64,000 bases of DNA, taken from the NCBI GenBank assembly GCA_965200155.1, contig CBDATR010000010.1:160001-224000 (forward strand). Reading direction: 5' to 3'. A program made the position numbers and the translations under genes. The notes under the pieces were generated by a model. That model was not told the origin of the DNA, did not search any database, and was given only the letters and a program-made list of their open reading frames with translations. Each line of letters opens with the position of its first letter. Positions within the stretch are counted from its first letter, which is position 1. Shown here piece by piece: positions 20,651 to 31,019 of this stretch. This DNA is from Nitrosopumilaceae archaeon (GTDB taxonomy: Archaea; Thermoproteota; Nitrososphaeria; Nitrososphaerales; Nitrosopumilaceae).

Positions 20651-22219
20651 ATGGCGGAGATTGGCAGTTTTGGTATAGCAGTAGGGATGTTCATTGCCCT
20701 CACTTTGGCAGTAGGTCTCATATCCTCCAGAATGGTACAAAAGAGCGGAAAGCGGCTCATAGTAGCGGGTAAGAGCTTACCACTCGTTATGGTAGGAACG
20801 ATGTTGGCTGCGCAGGCAGTGGATGGCAATTCCTCGCTAGGCAATGTTGCACTGGTCTATCAGTTTGGGTTTTGGGGAGGGGCAATAGTGCCCATGGGCC
20901 TTGGCGCGTGTCTCCTGATGGTGGGGGCATTCTATGCCAAGCCCCTGAACAAAATGTCCATGATCACCCTGCCGGACTTTTACTATAGACGATTCGGTAA
21001 TGGTGCAGAGGGGATATCCAGTGTTTTGTTGATCATAAGCTTTGTCATACTTATGGCAGGAAATTTGGCCGCGTGTGGATTCATACTGGAAACGGTGTTC
21101 GGGATAGATTACTTCTGGGGCATACTAATAGCGTCCATCGTGGTACTGGCATATACCACTGCGGGGGGACTGTTTGCATCAGCATATACCAATCTCTTTC
21201 AGGTGTATTTGGCCATTGGCGCGTTCTGGGCCGGATTCATATTCTTTGCCGGGGGCCTCTCCGGCACGCCCTGGGATACCATAGTGGGTGCTGCGCCGCC
21301 AGAGTTTCTGGACTTGTCCGGGTTATATGATATTGCCAATGGCGCACTGATAAACTGGGGCGGATTTCTGGCCCTGGCCCTGGGCGATATTATAGCGCTG
21401 GACTTTATGGAGCGGGTCTTTGCGGCTCGCAACCCCAAGACTGCACAGCGAGGGGCGCTCATGGGAGGAGCGCTTACCATCTTTACTGTGGTGCCCACCA
21501 GCATGCTGGGCATAGTGGCGCTGTACTACCTGCCGGCAGATACACTACCGGACTTGGCCCTGCCGCTGCTCAGTGTAGAGCACATGCCCTTTGCCGTAGG
21601 CGCAGCCATTTTGATGGGAGTGGTGGGCGCATCAATGTCCACTGCCAGCGGCGGGTTGCTGGCAGTCTCAAGCGTAATATCCCGAAATCTGATCAACAGA
21701 ATAATTCGCCGAAGATGGCTTGGAAAACCAACCAGTAATGATCAACAACTGCTCTGGATAACGCGTATAGTACTATTTCCCATGATTGCGGCCGGAACCA
21801 TACTGGGATACGTGCTCCCGGCACCAGGCATATACCTGATACTGGCATTTGACATTGTATTTGCAGGAGCACTGGCCCCCCTTACACTGGGACTCTTCTG
21901 GAAGAAGGCTAACATGCCCGCGGCTATCGCCTCGCTTTTGGTAGGCAGTAGTATACGACTGGCATTCTTCTTTACGATGCCGCCGGAACTTGCAGGGTTG
22001 GATCAGTTAATTCCGCCCATGATATCTTTTGCGCTTTTCATAGGTGTCGCCCTAGCGACTCAAGGCAGATACCCCGGAAAGGCTCGCCACGACGTAAGGG
22101 ACTATGTACCACCGGAGGAGGATATAGTGTCTGGCGAAGATTTGAAGCATTTCCAGGAAGGCGGCGCCATGGGTTCGGAGGGAGCTATCACCGACCTGGG
22201 TCAGCCACCCAAGCCATGA
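20651..22219 (+). CDS. Sodium:solute symporter family protein
   Basis: AGKSLP, TLPDFYYRRFG, YTTAGGL, ASMST; multi-TM. Confidence 0.9.
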   Translation: MAEIGSFGIAVGMFIALTLAVGLISSRMVQKSGKRLIVAGKSLPLVMVGTMLAAQAVDGNSSLGNVALVYQFGFWGGAIVPMGLGACLLMVGAFYAKPLNKMSMITLPDFYYRRFGNGAEGISSVLLIISFVILMAGNLAACGFILETVFGIDYFWGILIASIVVLAYTTAGGLFASAYTNLFQVYLAIGAFWAGFIFFAGGLSGTPWDTIVGAAPPEFLDLSGLYDIANGALINWGGFLALALGDIIALDFMERVFAARNPKTAQRGALMGGALTIFTVVPTSMLGIVALYYLPADTLPDLALPLLSVEHMPFAVGAAILMGVVGASMSTASGGLLAVSSVISRNLINRIIRRRWLGKPTSNDQQLLWITRIVLFPMIAAGTILGYVLPAPGIYLILAFDIVFAGALAPLTLGLFWKKANMPAAIASLLVGSSIRLAFFFTMPPELAGLDQLIPPMISFALFIGVALATQGRYPGKARHDVRDYVPPEEDIVSGEDLKHFQEGGAMGSEGAITDLGQPPKP

Positions 22220-22254
22220 TTTGTTTTAAATGCAATAAAACTAGATGAAGATGC

Positions 22255-23889
22255 GTGAAGTATCCGGATCTTATAAACCCCGAGATGTCATGGATATCCC
22301 GGTCCCAGCAATATAATTTGGACGCGGGCATGCTCATGGCCCACAAGGCAAAGACGTCACTGGGGCCGCGCGGTATGGAAAAGATGTATGTGGACATAAT
22401 AGGGGAGGAGACCGTTACCGCACACGGGGGGGCATTCATGAGAAAGTTTGACGTGGATCATCCCGCGGCCAAGGCTGTGATAGATGGTGTCAATACTGTT
22501 GATACACACGTTGGAGATGGAACTATCTCTGCGGCCATACTTGTAGGAGCACTTTTGGAGCAGGTAGGCGCTCTGCTAAAGTCTGGCATACCAACTGCCA
22601 CCATAATGCGGGGGTTTGAAATTGGTGCGCAGTATGCGCTGGAAACACTGGATTGTATAAGGATCAGGGGTAACTCAAAGACTGATCTGCAGGTAGTATC
22701 CTCGTGCTTGGCGGGAAAGACCATAGCGCTGGCCAATGACAATCTGGCAGAGTGGATAGTAGAAGCGGTGCTGCATGTTGGCGCGGATACGGACATGATA
22801 AAGATAGAGGAGAAGCCAGGGAATTTTACAGATGTACAGTTGATACGGGGAACGGTAATAGACAAACCCGCAGATAACACGCACATGCCCCGGTCTCTCT
22901 TCGACACACAGGTACTGCTACTCAATGATACATTGGAAGCCACACGCACAAGGACCGAGTCTAGCATTGATATATCATCTCCAGAGATGATGGGTGCGTT
23001 CAAGGAGCAAGAGAATTTCAATGTAATGGCCATCGTGGAGAAGGTGGTAAACTCTGGCGCGCAGTTTGTGGTATCAAGAAAGGGCATAGGGGAGATGGCA
23101 CAAGCCGTTCTGGCCCGTATGGGAGTAATGACGGTGCGCCGGGCCAAGTATAATGACTTGTGGTGGTTGGAAAAGGCCACCGGTGCCACCACATGTACTA
23201 GTGTGGAAGACATATCCCCCCACGAGCTCGGGCATGCGGATACTGTACGTCAAGAGATGGTCGGCAGAGACTCAATGATATTTGTCGAGTCCGCAACCCC
23301 CCGTTCGGTTACATTCATGTTGCGCGCTAGCTCCAAGCGCTACCTGGATGAGTTTCACCGTAATGTCCTAAATGCCATAAGATCACTTAGAAACTATAGG
23401 GAGTGTCCCTTTGTGGTGTATGGAGGAGGGGCATGCGAGGCCATACTGGCCCGGCGGATTAGGGAGAGAGCTCCCTACAACCAAGGAAAGATTCCGCTAA
23501 TACTGGGATGCTTTGCTACTGCCTTGGAGGAGATACCCATGACCCTGGCGCGTAATGTGGGAATGGATACCCTTGATGCAATGCCCATGCTACGGCACAA
23601 GTGTGCCACAGAACCTTCAGGATGGTGGGGGGTAGACTCTGCATCCAGGAGCATATGCAGAATACATAATGTAATTGATACATATCTTGTAAAGAAGCAG
23701 ATTATAATCACGGCGCAGGAGACAGCCAATCAAATACTGAATGTGGACGATACATTCATGAAAGACATTATAGACAATACACACTGCCACTTGGATGGGA
23801 CAGTGCACGCCCACAAAGATCCCGGTAGGAACCATAACCATTGGGAGCAAGAGGGACTAGAACAGCGACAGATGCACCAATATTACTAA
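22255..23889 (+). CDS. Divergent thermosome/TCP-1 chaperonin with His-rich tail
   Basis: TSLGPRGMEKM, GDGT, GGGACE. Confidence 0.88.
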   Translation: MKYPDLINPEMSWISRSQQYNLDAGMLMAHKAKTSLGPRGMEKMYVDIIGEETVTAHGGAFMRKFDVDHPAAKAVIDGVNTVDTHVGDGTISAAILVGALLEQVGALLKSGIPTATIMRGFEIGAQYALETLDCIRIRGNSKTDLQVVSSCLAGKTIALANDNLAEWIVEAVLHVGADTDMIKIEEKPGNFTDVQLIRGTVIDKPADNTHMPRSLFDTQVLLLNDTLEATRTRTESSIDISSPEMMGAFKEQENFNVMAIVEKVVNSGAQFVVSRKGIGEMAQAVLARMGVMTVRRAKYNDLWWLEKATGATTCTSVEDISPHELGHADTVRQEMVGRDSMIFVESATPRSVTFMLRASSKRYLDEFHRNVLNAIRSLRNYRECPFVVYGGGACEAILARRIRERAPYNQGKIPLILGCFATALEEIPMTLARNVGMDTLDAMPMLRHKCATEPSGWWGVDSASRSICRIHNVIDTYLVKKQIIITAQETANQILNVDDTFMKDIIDNTHCHLDGTVHAHKDPGRNHNHWEQEGLEQRQMHQYY

Positions 23890-24498
23890 GCGGGATATAC
23901 GATTAACGGACACATTAATCAGAATTAATCCTGTCGGGCGCTAGTTCATGTGTAGATTGGGTCACACTAACTTTAGAACCATTATAGCGGTCACCATAAG
24001 TCTTTGAGAACATGCTACCTCGTTCCTGGACAGTACCTGGCTTTGGCTTGTCACCATTATTTCCGCCCTGGCGCCTCCGGTTGGGCGGGGAACGGTTCCC
24101 CCCGGACGACACGCTCTGCCGCCCCATACAGGGAAACCTGTTACTAAACGCCGCGTTGATATCGACGTGAAATTCCTGGTTGCATATTGAATGTGTCCCT
24201 AGTTGATCGGATTTGTTGTCAACGTGTCCACACACGTGACAGGTCTGGTTCGTTGGGTGGGTAAACCGCCCCCTCATGTATCTCGCTGGCACAGCCGCCA
24301 ATTCAATCCCCGGTGCCTCGCACTTTTGTACTACTTTCCGGCGGAATTCCCCTAAACCCGGTTCTCGCGCATGGAACGGTTCATTGTTCTTTTCCGGTTC
24401 CCGCCATGACTGGTCATTGCTTTCGGTGATAAATCCTCTAGTACTACCTTGTCTGCACCTTTGGTGATCGCGTGGACCGTTCTATTCATGGAGTCGTT

Positions 24499-24590
24499 GT
24501 ATGAGTTCACGTCTTCCGGAATCTTGTGCACAAATCACATTAACTGTCGCGATCAGTTGTGCGTAAATTTAGACACAGGTGAACTCATAC
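24499..24590 (-). mobile_element. 92-bp MITE-1 in tnpB copy A, at a deletion
   Basis: No TSD (GAGTCGTT/CGAATTGA); the RuvC-I region is missing at this point. Confidence 0.93.
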
Positions 24591-25246
24591 CGAATTGACG
24601 CTCCCTGCTCTTGTTAACTCGTTCCACTATCTTGAATGAGCGCATGTCCCGGGAATGATCGATTGGTTTGGTTGCTCTCACCACACCAATGCCCGGCAGG
24701 TATAATTCGTGAGAACCGCGCCTTATCGGCGGACTCACACAAGACAGTATTACACTATTATTGTCACGCCGGTGTGGTATGTAATTAGAATTATCCTCGT
24801 ACGCGCGCCTGCACGCGACAGACACCTGTAGTATTGCATCCCGACCATAGCTGGTAACTCGCGCATCCACTCCAGATCAGGGCGCCACTTTGTCAATTCC
24901 AAGAGCAAACCATTCTTGTTGGACGGGTAAACCGTCCCCGGATAACCGTTCTAGAACGTGGTAGCTGATTCACGTATAATGAATCACCCTTCTTTAGGTC
25001 ATATGGTAACTTGGTGGACTCGTTCTTATTCTTGACCTTGGCCGGATCATGCTTCAATTCAAGAGTGGTTCCGGGTATGTAGTAACCACCAAGACTGATC
25101 TCGGACACCGCTCTATTATAGACATAATCGGATGTGTAACCAAACATCTTTGCGCGCCGGGAGAACTCCTTATCATTTTTCAACGGTATAATGACGGTCT
25201 GAATTATGTCACCCATCATCTGGCGATTCTACTCTAGTAGTTGTTC

Positions 25247-25253
25247 TATAAAA
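25247..25253 (-). promoter_or_regulatory. Putative TATA box of tnpB
   Basis: TTTTATA ending 27 nt upstream of ATG 25219, the spacing of a leaderless archaeal transcript. Confidence 0.5.
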
Positions 25254-25688
25254 CTACGGTCCTATACCCGGTAAAGACTTATGGTGGGCGCTATACAGGA
25301 CCGTGTCGCAGGACAGGGTACGACATACAGATAAGCTAAACCGGGCAGGATCATTGATGCAGTATTGCTCCACTTCAAGACAAACTCAGCAAGGGTTAGC
25401 GTGCCCATTAATCCGGGCATACAAGTTAGTGATTGTGTATGACAAATGTGTGCCCAGAAACTCAGGGTGATCTCTATAGTGTAGACTATACTAATCACTT
25501 GGAGATACCGCCCAAGGCATTTTACAAAAGCCAGTCAGCAAGTGACCCCAAAATGAATGAGGTCCGATGCAAATGACTTGGCGACATAATTTCCGTATGA
25601 TACAGGTGATTAGTGTAAATCTTAATCGGGGTCAACTGGAATGGTTACCTTTCGCGAGATTTTTAAGATATCATACTGTATTACGTAT

Positions 25689-25847
25689 GTGAAGTGCAGT
25701 ATATCAGAATGCAGGGCCAAAGGCATACAAAAGATCTCAGTAGGGTCCAAGGAGACTAGAAACCTGTGTGCCCGGCATCTACGCATATACATGAGCAGAT
25801 ATCAGCATCATAAACCAGAGTACACAAGGGCATCCGGCATGAGGTAG
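25689..25847 (+). CDS. Small putative zinc-finger protein
   Basis: C-X4-C...LC..H. Confidence 0.55.
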   Translation: MKCSISECRAKGIQKISVGSKETRNLCARHLRIYMSRYQHHKPEYTRASGMR

Positions 25848-25894
25848 ATCTTGCGGTAAAAAAATTTTATGAACCAGCCTTGCAGGATCAATAC

Positions 25895-26689
25895 ATGAAA
25901 CTCTTACTATTACCATTATTACTGCTGCCCATCGTCGCCTTTGGGGAGTCACAAACCGTCCCCACAGATGGAGGCACACTGGAGGTACGTATGACGTACC
26001 CAGATAATATAGTAGCTGAGGAACACTTTCCACTGCTCATAGAATTTATCAATCCCACAACAGGGATGTTACAGGAGCACATTGACTATATCATAACAAT
26101 AACCCGCAACGGAAACACTGTCTTTGGGCCCACGCCGCTGACTCATAGCACCGAGGGTGCATTACGGGGACTGGAACCGGCATTTCAGAATACTGGCGAC
26201 TATACCATAAATGTGAGCGTTGAGGGCATATTATTCCAGCCACTGGATCCAGAGAACGCATCATTAACTATACGCGTGGAAGATCCTGATAGTGGCGGAG
26301 GCTGTCTCATAGCTACGGCTGCATATGGTTCTGAAACGGCAATCCAGGTCCAACAGTTGCGGGACATAAGAGACAACGTGTTACTTTCCACTGATGCGGG
26401 GCGCGCCTTTATGGATGGATTTAACCCGATATATTATTGGTTCTCACCAACAGTAGCGGATATGGAGAGGCAGAACCCCCTCTTTCGCGAAGTGATAAGG
26501 GCAACCATGCAACCCATGCTGGGGTCACTACAAGTAATGGAGTATGCAGATACCAACGAGAAGGTCATTACGTATGGTATAGGCATAATACTGCTAAATG
26601 CCGCAATATACACGTCTCCCCTAGCAGGATTAGTTTGGATGTGCAGGTATGTCAGACCACGTATATCAAAGTCCCATACGAACGTCTAG
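25895..26689 (+). CDS. Exported protein with CFI-box-CTERM domain
   Basis: Signal peptide; GGCLIATAAYGSE..LR..RD..YY.FSP; C-terminal TM. Confidence 0.85.
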   Translation: MKLLLLPLLLLPIVAFGESQTVPTDGGTLEVRMTYPDNIVAEEHFPLLIEFINPTTGMLQEHIDYIITITRNGNTVFGPTPLTHSTEGALRGLEPAFQNTGDYTINVSVEGILFQPLDPENASLTIRVEDPDSGGGCLIATAAYGSETAIQVQQLRDIRDNVLLSTDAGRAFMDGFNPIYYWFSPTVADMERQNPLFREVIRATMQPMLGSLQVMEYADTNEKVITYGIGIILLNAAIYTSPLAGLVWMCRYVRPRISKSHTNV

Positions 26690-28747
26690 TACACGGCAAC
26701 CCTTCTCCAGAACAACTACCGGATTCATATCCAGCTCCTTTATGCGGGGGTGATCCGTTACCAGCTGTGAAACCCTCTGGATACATTCACACAGTGCGTC
26801 TATATCGGATGGCTTGTCGCCACGCGCACCCATGAGAAGCTTCTTGGCCTTTATAGAATCAATCATTACTCGAGCCTCCTGAGCAGTTACAGGGGCCATC
26901 CGGAACACAACGTCCTTGAGAATCTCCACGTAAACTCCACCCATCCCGAACATAAGCATGGGGCCAACACCGGGCTCCTGCTTGCAGCCTATGATAACCT
27001 CCTTGCCGCCGCGTACCATCTCTACGACCAGGCACCCATGTATGCTGGCCTGAGAGTCATACCTTCTTGCACTTTCGGTGATTTGTCCAAATGCCTCACG
27101 TACTTCTTCTTCGTCGGACAGGCCCACCCTGACACCGCCGGCATCGGACTTGTGGGTTATCTGGGGCGAGACTACTTTCATAACCACGGGAAATCCCATA
27201 TCTCGCGCGACGTTAACAGCCTCCTGAGAATTCTTGGCCATTACACTTTTGGGCAGTGGTAGTCCGTATGACTCAAGTATACGTTGGCCTTCTGCCTCCA
27301 GCAGGCTACTGCGATCATGGGCGCCGTTCAGTATCTCCCCTACCGCATCCCTGGAGACATTGTATTGTGTAATGTTGCCGGGGGGCGCATTTATCCATTC
27401 AGAGAATCGTAGCATGGCCTTCAGGGCGCGCACCGCCCCTTCCGCGTATGTATAGTAAGGAACACCACCTTCTGCCAGTATAGTTCGGTTGGTTGTGCCC
27501 TCATCAAGACCCATAAGACTGGCCAGGATTGTTTTCTTGTATTTTTTTGACATCTTTACAATTACCCGGGCGAGCCCGTCATAGTCCAGTGTGCCTGAGG
27601 GAGTACACATTACAATTGCCGAGCCCACCGTGTCATGTGACAGAACCCTTTCAAGCACATTTTCAAATCGAGCATAGTCTGCATCTCCCACTATATCCAC
27701 CGGATTGCGAGAGCTCCCCCACGGCGGTATGACATTATCTATGTGGGGTCGGATTGGTGTTATGTCCGCCATCTTGATGTCAAGTTTGGAGCAGGCATCA
27801 GTGGATATGATGGCGGGCCCTCCCGCATTGGATATGATAGCCAAGTCTCCGCTGGGCAGGGGTTGTTTGGAAAAGGCGGTAGCATAGTCGAATAATTCAT
27901 CCATACTGTCCACACGAATAACTCCGGCTTGTCGAAATAGGTCATCATATAGCTCATCAGAGCCCATCAGGGCGCCCGTGTGCGACATGGCCGCCTTGGC
28001 ACCCTCGGGGCTACGACCAGACTTTAGTACCAGTATGGGTTTTTTGTGTTCCCGGGTTACACTCCTACAGGTGTCTAGAAACTGTCTCCCATCACCAATG
28101 TCTTCCAGATACATTACTATCACTTTAGTCTGTTTGTGAGTGGCCAGTGTCCTGAGCACCTCTATCTCGCCGGTGGCTGCCTTATTACCAAGACTCACAA
28201 CCGCAGAGAAGCCTATCCCCTGAGCGGAAGCATCCTCGCATAATGCAGCACAGATGGCCCCGCTCTGAGACACCAAGGCTATGGATCCGGTCTTGGGGGT
28301 TATCTTTAGGAATGTGGAATTCATCATGGTCTCAGGGTCCAAGTTCATAACGCCCAAGCAGTTGGGACCTACCAGCTCCATCCCATACTGTGCAGAGATT
28401 TGCTTTAGTTGTGCCTCAAGGCAGGCGCCCGCCTCATCTACCTCTTTAAAACCAGCCGTTATCACAATAGCGCCCTTTACGCCCTTTTGGCCACACTCCT
28501 CCAAGACCCCGGGAACCAGTAAATTCTTTATTACGATAACCGTAAGATCCACATTGCCGGGAACATCAAGAACGGACTTGTAGGCCACTCTGTCGAATAC
28601 TTTGGCCCTAGTAGGGCTAATGGGATATATCTCTCCCTTAAACCCCTTCAGTATGTTGTTTGTGATTGTACTGCCTACGCGTCCGGGGCTATCGGAGGCG
28701 CCGATTATAGCTATGGAACGCGGGGTTAAAAAGACGGATCTAGTCAC
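26666..28747 (-). CDS. ADP-forming acyl-CoA synthetase, probably 4-hydroxybutyrate-CoA ligase (3HP/4HB cycle)
   Basis: GPNCLG, SQSGA, SHTG, NPVD, HKSDAGGV; N-terminus resembles the Nitrosopumilus enzyme as I recall it. Confidence 0.85.
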   Translation of the reverse strand: MTRSVFLTPRSIAIIGASDSPGRVGSTITNNILKGFKGEIYPISPTRAKVFDRVAYKSVLDVPGNVDLTVIVIKNLLVPGVLEECGQKGVKGAIVITAGFKEVDEAGACLEAQLKQISAQYGMELVGPNCLGVMNLDPETMMNSTFLKITPKTGSIALVSQSGAICAALCEDASAQGIGFSAVVSLGNKAATGEIEVLRTLATHKQTKVIVMYLEDIGDGRQFLDTCRSVTREHKKPILVLKSGRSPEGAKAAMSHTGALMGSDELYDDLFRQAGVIRVDSMDELFDYATAFSKQPLPSGDLAIISNAGGPAIISTDACSKLDIKMADITPIRPHIDNVIPPWGSSRNPVDIVGDADYARFENVLERVLSHDTVGSAIVMCTPSGTLDYDGLARVIVKMSKKYKKTILASLMGLDEGTTNRTILAEGGVPYYTYAEGAVRALKAMLRFSEWINAPPGNITQYNVSRDAVGEILNGAHDRSSLLEAEGQRILESYGLPLPKSVMAKNSQEAVNVARDMGFPVVMKVVSPQITHKSDAGGVRVGLSDEEEVREAFGQITESARRYDSQASIHGCLVVEMVRGGKEVIIGCKQEPGVGPMLMFGMGGVYVEILKDVVFRMAPVTAQEARVMIDSIKAKKLLMGARGDKPSDIDALCECIQRVSQLVTDHPRIKELDMNPVVVLEKGCRVLDVRMGL

Positions 28748-28885
28748 TGTGTACTACCGTTGGTAATTTGTATAATAAAGTTGGCGCATAGGCGCCTGTC
28801 ACTGTAATGATTTCATATGTTCAGATTGTACTAATAGTTGTGATTCCGTCGTGTATAAATTTAGGCACAAGGCAACTAACACACT

Positions 28886-29362
28886 CTATGTTGTATGCAA
28901 CATGCGTTCCTGCCTCAGTCTATATGCGGATACTGCTACAAACCCAAAGATGATAGCCAGTCCCGCATATGACAAGACTTGGCTATACTCAATGAGTATG
29001 GCTGTGGCTCCGGCGCCCAGTACGCTAGGCAACAAGGATAGCAAATAGAGCCACCACCCACAACAACCCAAGGGAACCAAGGAAAAGAATGAAAAGAATG
29101 AGGTTGTAGTGGTGGCGCCTGAGTTTCCTCCAAAGATACGCCTCTTGGCAGGTACCCTGCATCCCATCTCTTTTCCTTTCTCAGACAGAATGATCTGCAA
29201 CCCTATACCCACACTCATCCCGACTATCACGATGGAGTTAATTTGAAATGCCGCAGAGATAGACTGCACTGGATCCAGAGCAGGCGTAGTTACAACAACC
29301 ACCAAAAGATATGCCAGCATGGTGAGAATTGCAACAAGTATTCCCTTTGTTATGGGTCGCAT
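28886..29362 (-). CDS. Membrane protein with GCC motif, possible metal transport
   Basis: About four TM segments; LGCCGW. Confidence 0.65.
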   Translation of the reverse strand: MRPITKGILVAILTMLAYLLVVVVTTPALDPVQSISAAFQINSIVIVGMSVGIGLQIILSEKGKEMGCRVPAKRRIFGGNSGATTTTSFFSFFSLVPLGCCGWWLYLLSLLPSVLGAGATAILIEYSQVLSYAGLAIIFGFVAVSAYRLRQERMLHTT

Positions 29363-29363
29363 A

Positions 29364-30761
29364 TTACTGGCCTTCGTAAATCAGGGTCGAGTTATGAAAC
29401 GTTGCCCATTCAAACCAGAATCCAGGCTCGATTGGTAATCTTATGAGCTGTGTTCCATTGAATATGCCAGAGACAGCAGTGCCATTGTAGTCCCATTCCG
29501 AGCCGGAACCGGTGTCCATTATACTACCGTTCTCGAATCTAAACTCCAGTGTCTGGTTACCTACCGTACGATCAAATGCACGAGCGTTTTCCTGGTACAA
29601 GGAGAGCATGAGTACGTCCCTGGAACCAACTCGGTCATTTATCACAATCTCATTTTCTATATCCGTCTGCCGGTATGCCTTATACACACCATCATACCCC
29701 AACCCCATTATTATCTCCTTTTGGGGTAGTCTTTCATCATGATTGTCTATGGGAAAGTATATTCCCGGTGTGGTATAGTAGTTGCCATACGGGTCTACGC
29801 TGTAGGCGCGCGCATGACCGGTATCGGTGCTGAGTATTAGGGTATCCGGATGAATGCTCTGCCAGTCCGCCCATGTAATAAGATCAAATGGGATGAGACT
29901 CAGTTGTTGGCCGCTCAGAGGACCCCGTACTGCCATCCCCAGTGCTTGGCTCCAGTACGATTCCGTATATCGGTCATACATGAGTAAGTTACTTTGGTAT
30001 AGTAAACCGGAAACACCGAATTCCACGGGTTCATAGTCTATCACCCGACCAAATACCTGGCTAGTATAACATAATGGACAATATGTAACTGCCACGGGGA
30101 TATCCCCAATCTCGTCGTTTACTATCTCATGCCATACCAAGATGATAAGGGGGTACGCCTTTACCTCCCCATCAATGGCCAGTCCCATGACAACATCGGA
30201 TCCTGACATAAAGTCTGCATCTGCCGCAGTCACAAATTTGGGGTTGTCTATAGACGGTATTCCATCTCTGGGTACGCCACCGAATCTGATCTTGTCTAGC
30301 GGAATGGTATGTAACACACCATCTGTATTCATCACGCTAACCCCGCTATCGTATGCCATGACATTATCGTCGTACATAAGGGAGCTATGCGCCTCCACAA
30401 CCACCTCGCCGCTCATCCAGGGATGGACTAGGCAAAAGTACGGGAATGTACCCTCATCATCAAAGGTGTGCGAAAACTCAGTTCCCGGGCTGACAAGACC
30501 GCTGTCAAAGATGCCATCAGGTCCGCCTTCTGCAAGAACTCCGCTGATTATGGTGTGTGCCGCGTTGTCAACGTTGTCCCAGATTACCATATCACCCACG
30601 TTTATGGTGAGCGATGCAGGTACAAAACATTCGTTATTCGCCTCACAACCGGGTGTTGAGGAACCCTCTGCGTTTGAGACGCGGTACTCTTCGGCAAAAG
30701 ATGCAGGCATTACCAAGTAACATGCCACAACAAGTAAAAGCGAGTAAGCATAAAGTTGCAT
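29364..30761 (-). CDS. Plastocyanin-like domain fused to DUF3179
   Basis: AAH...YFCLVHPWM; DGIPSIDNP, WHEIVND, TYCPLC, FGVSG.LY.SNL. Confidence 0.85.
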   Translation of the reverse strand: MQLYAYSLLLVVACYLVMPASFAEEYRVSNAEGSSTPGCEANNECFVPASLTINVGDMVIWDNVDNAAHTIISGVLAEGGPDGIFDSGLVSPGTEFSHTFDDEGTFPYFCLVHPWMSGEVVVEAHSSLMYDDNVMAYDSGVSVMNTDGVLHTIPLDKIRFGGVPRDGIPSIDNPKFVTAADADFMSGSDVVMGLAIDGEVKAYPLIILVWHEIVNDEIGDIPVAVTYCPLCYTSQVFGRVIDYEPVEFGVSGLLYQSNLLMYDRYTESYWSQALGMAVRGPLSGQQLSLIPFDLITWADWQSIHPDTLILSTDTGHARAYSVDPYGNYYTTPGIYFPIDNHDERLPQKEIIMGLGYDGVYKAYRQTDIENEIVINDRVGSRDVLMLSLYQENARAFDRTVGNQTLEFRFENGSIMDTGSGSEWDYNGTAVSGIFNGTQLIRLPIEPGFWFEWATFHNSTLIYEGQ

Positions 30762-30927
30762 TTCTGTACTAACCAGACGGTATTTTATAAGAATATGGCA
30801 GTTTTATTTCTCTTCTTGCACATGTCAAAGGACTAGACTCTGCATCATAACAAACTTGTCTATGCAGTACATCGATGCGTTGTGCAATGTTTATAGCGGT
30901 CACCATAAGTCTTTGAGAACATGCTAC

Positions 30928-31019
30928 GTATGAGTTCACCTGTGTCTAAATTTACGCATAACTGATCGCGACAGTTAATGTGATTTGTGCACAAGATTCC
31001 GGAAGACGTGAACTCATAC
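30928..31019 (+). mobile_element. 92-bp MITE-1
   Basis: TSD CATGCTAC; empty site in copy A. Confidence 0.97.

Larger units (their letters stand above)
23983..25295 (-). mobile_element. tnpB: TIR-bounded element carrying a tnpB pseudogene, copy A
   Basis: TIRs TATAGCGGTCACCATAAGTCTTT / AAAGACTTATGGTGGGCGCTATA; fragments YVYNRAV, LYLPGIG, VVLEDL, GEFRRKV, TNQTCHVCG, DINAA. Confidence 0.85.

Noticed and set aside
22458-23213. Long antisense ORFs (also 43680-44435, 53451-54230, 39728-40318)
   Set aside because: Shadows of well-supported genes on the opposite strand, with no motifs.
23915-25219. tnpB as a domesticated nuclease-dead regulator
   Set aside because: Multiple frameshifts and a MITE-linked deletion; no continuous ORF.
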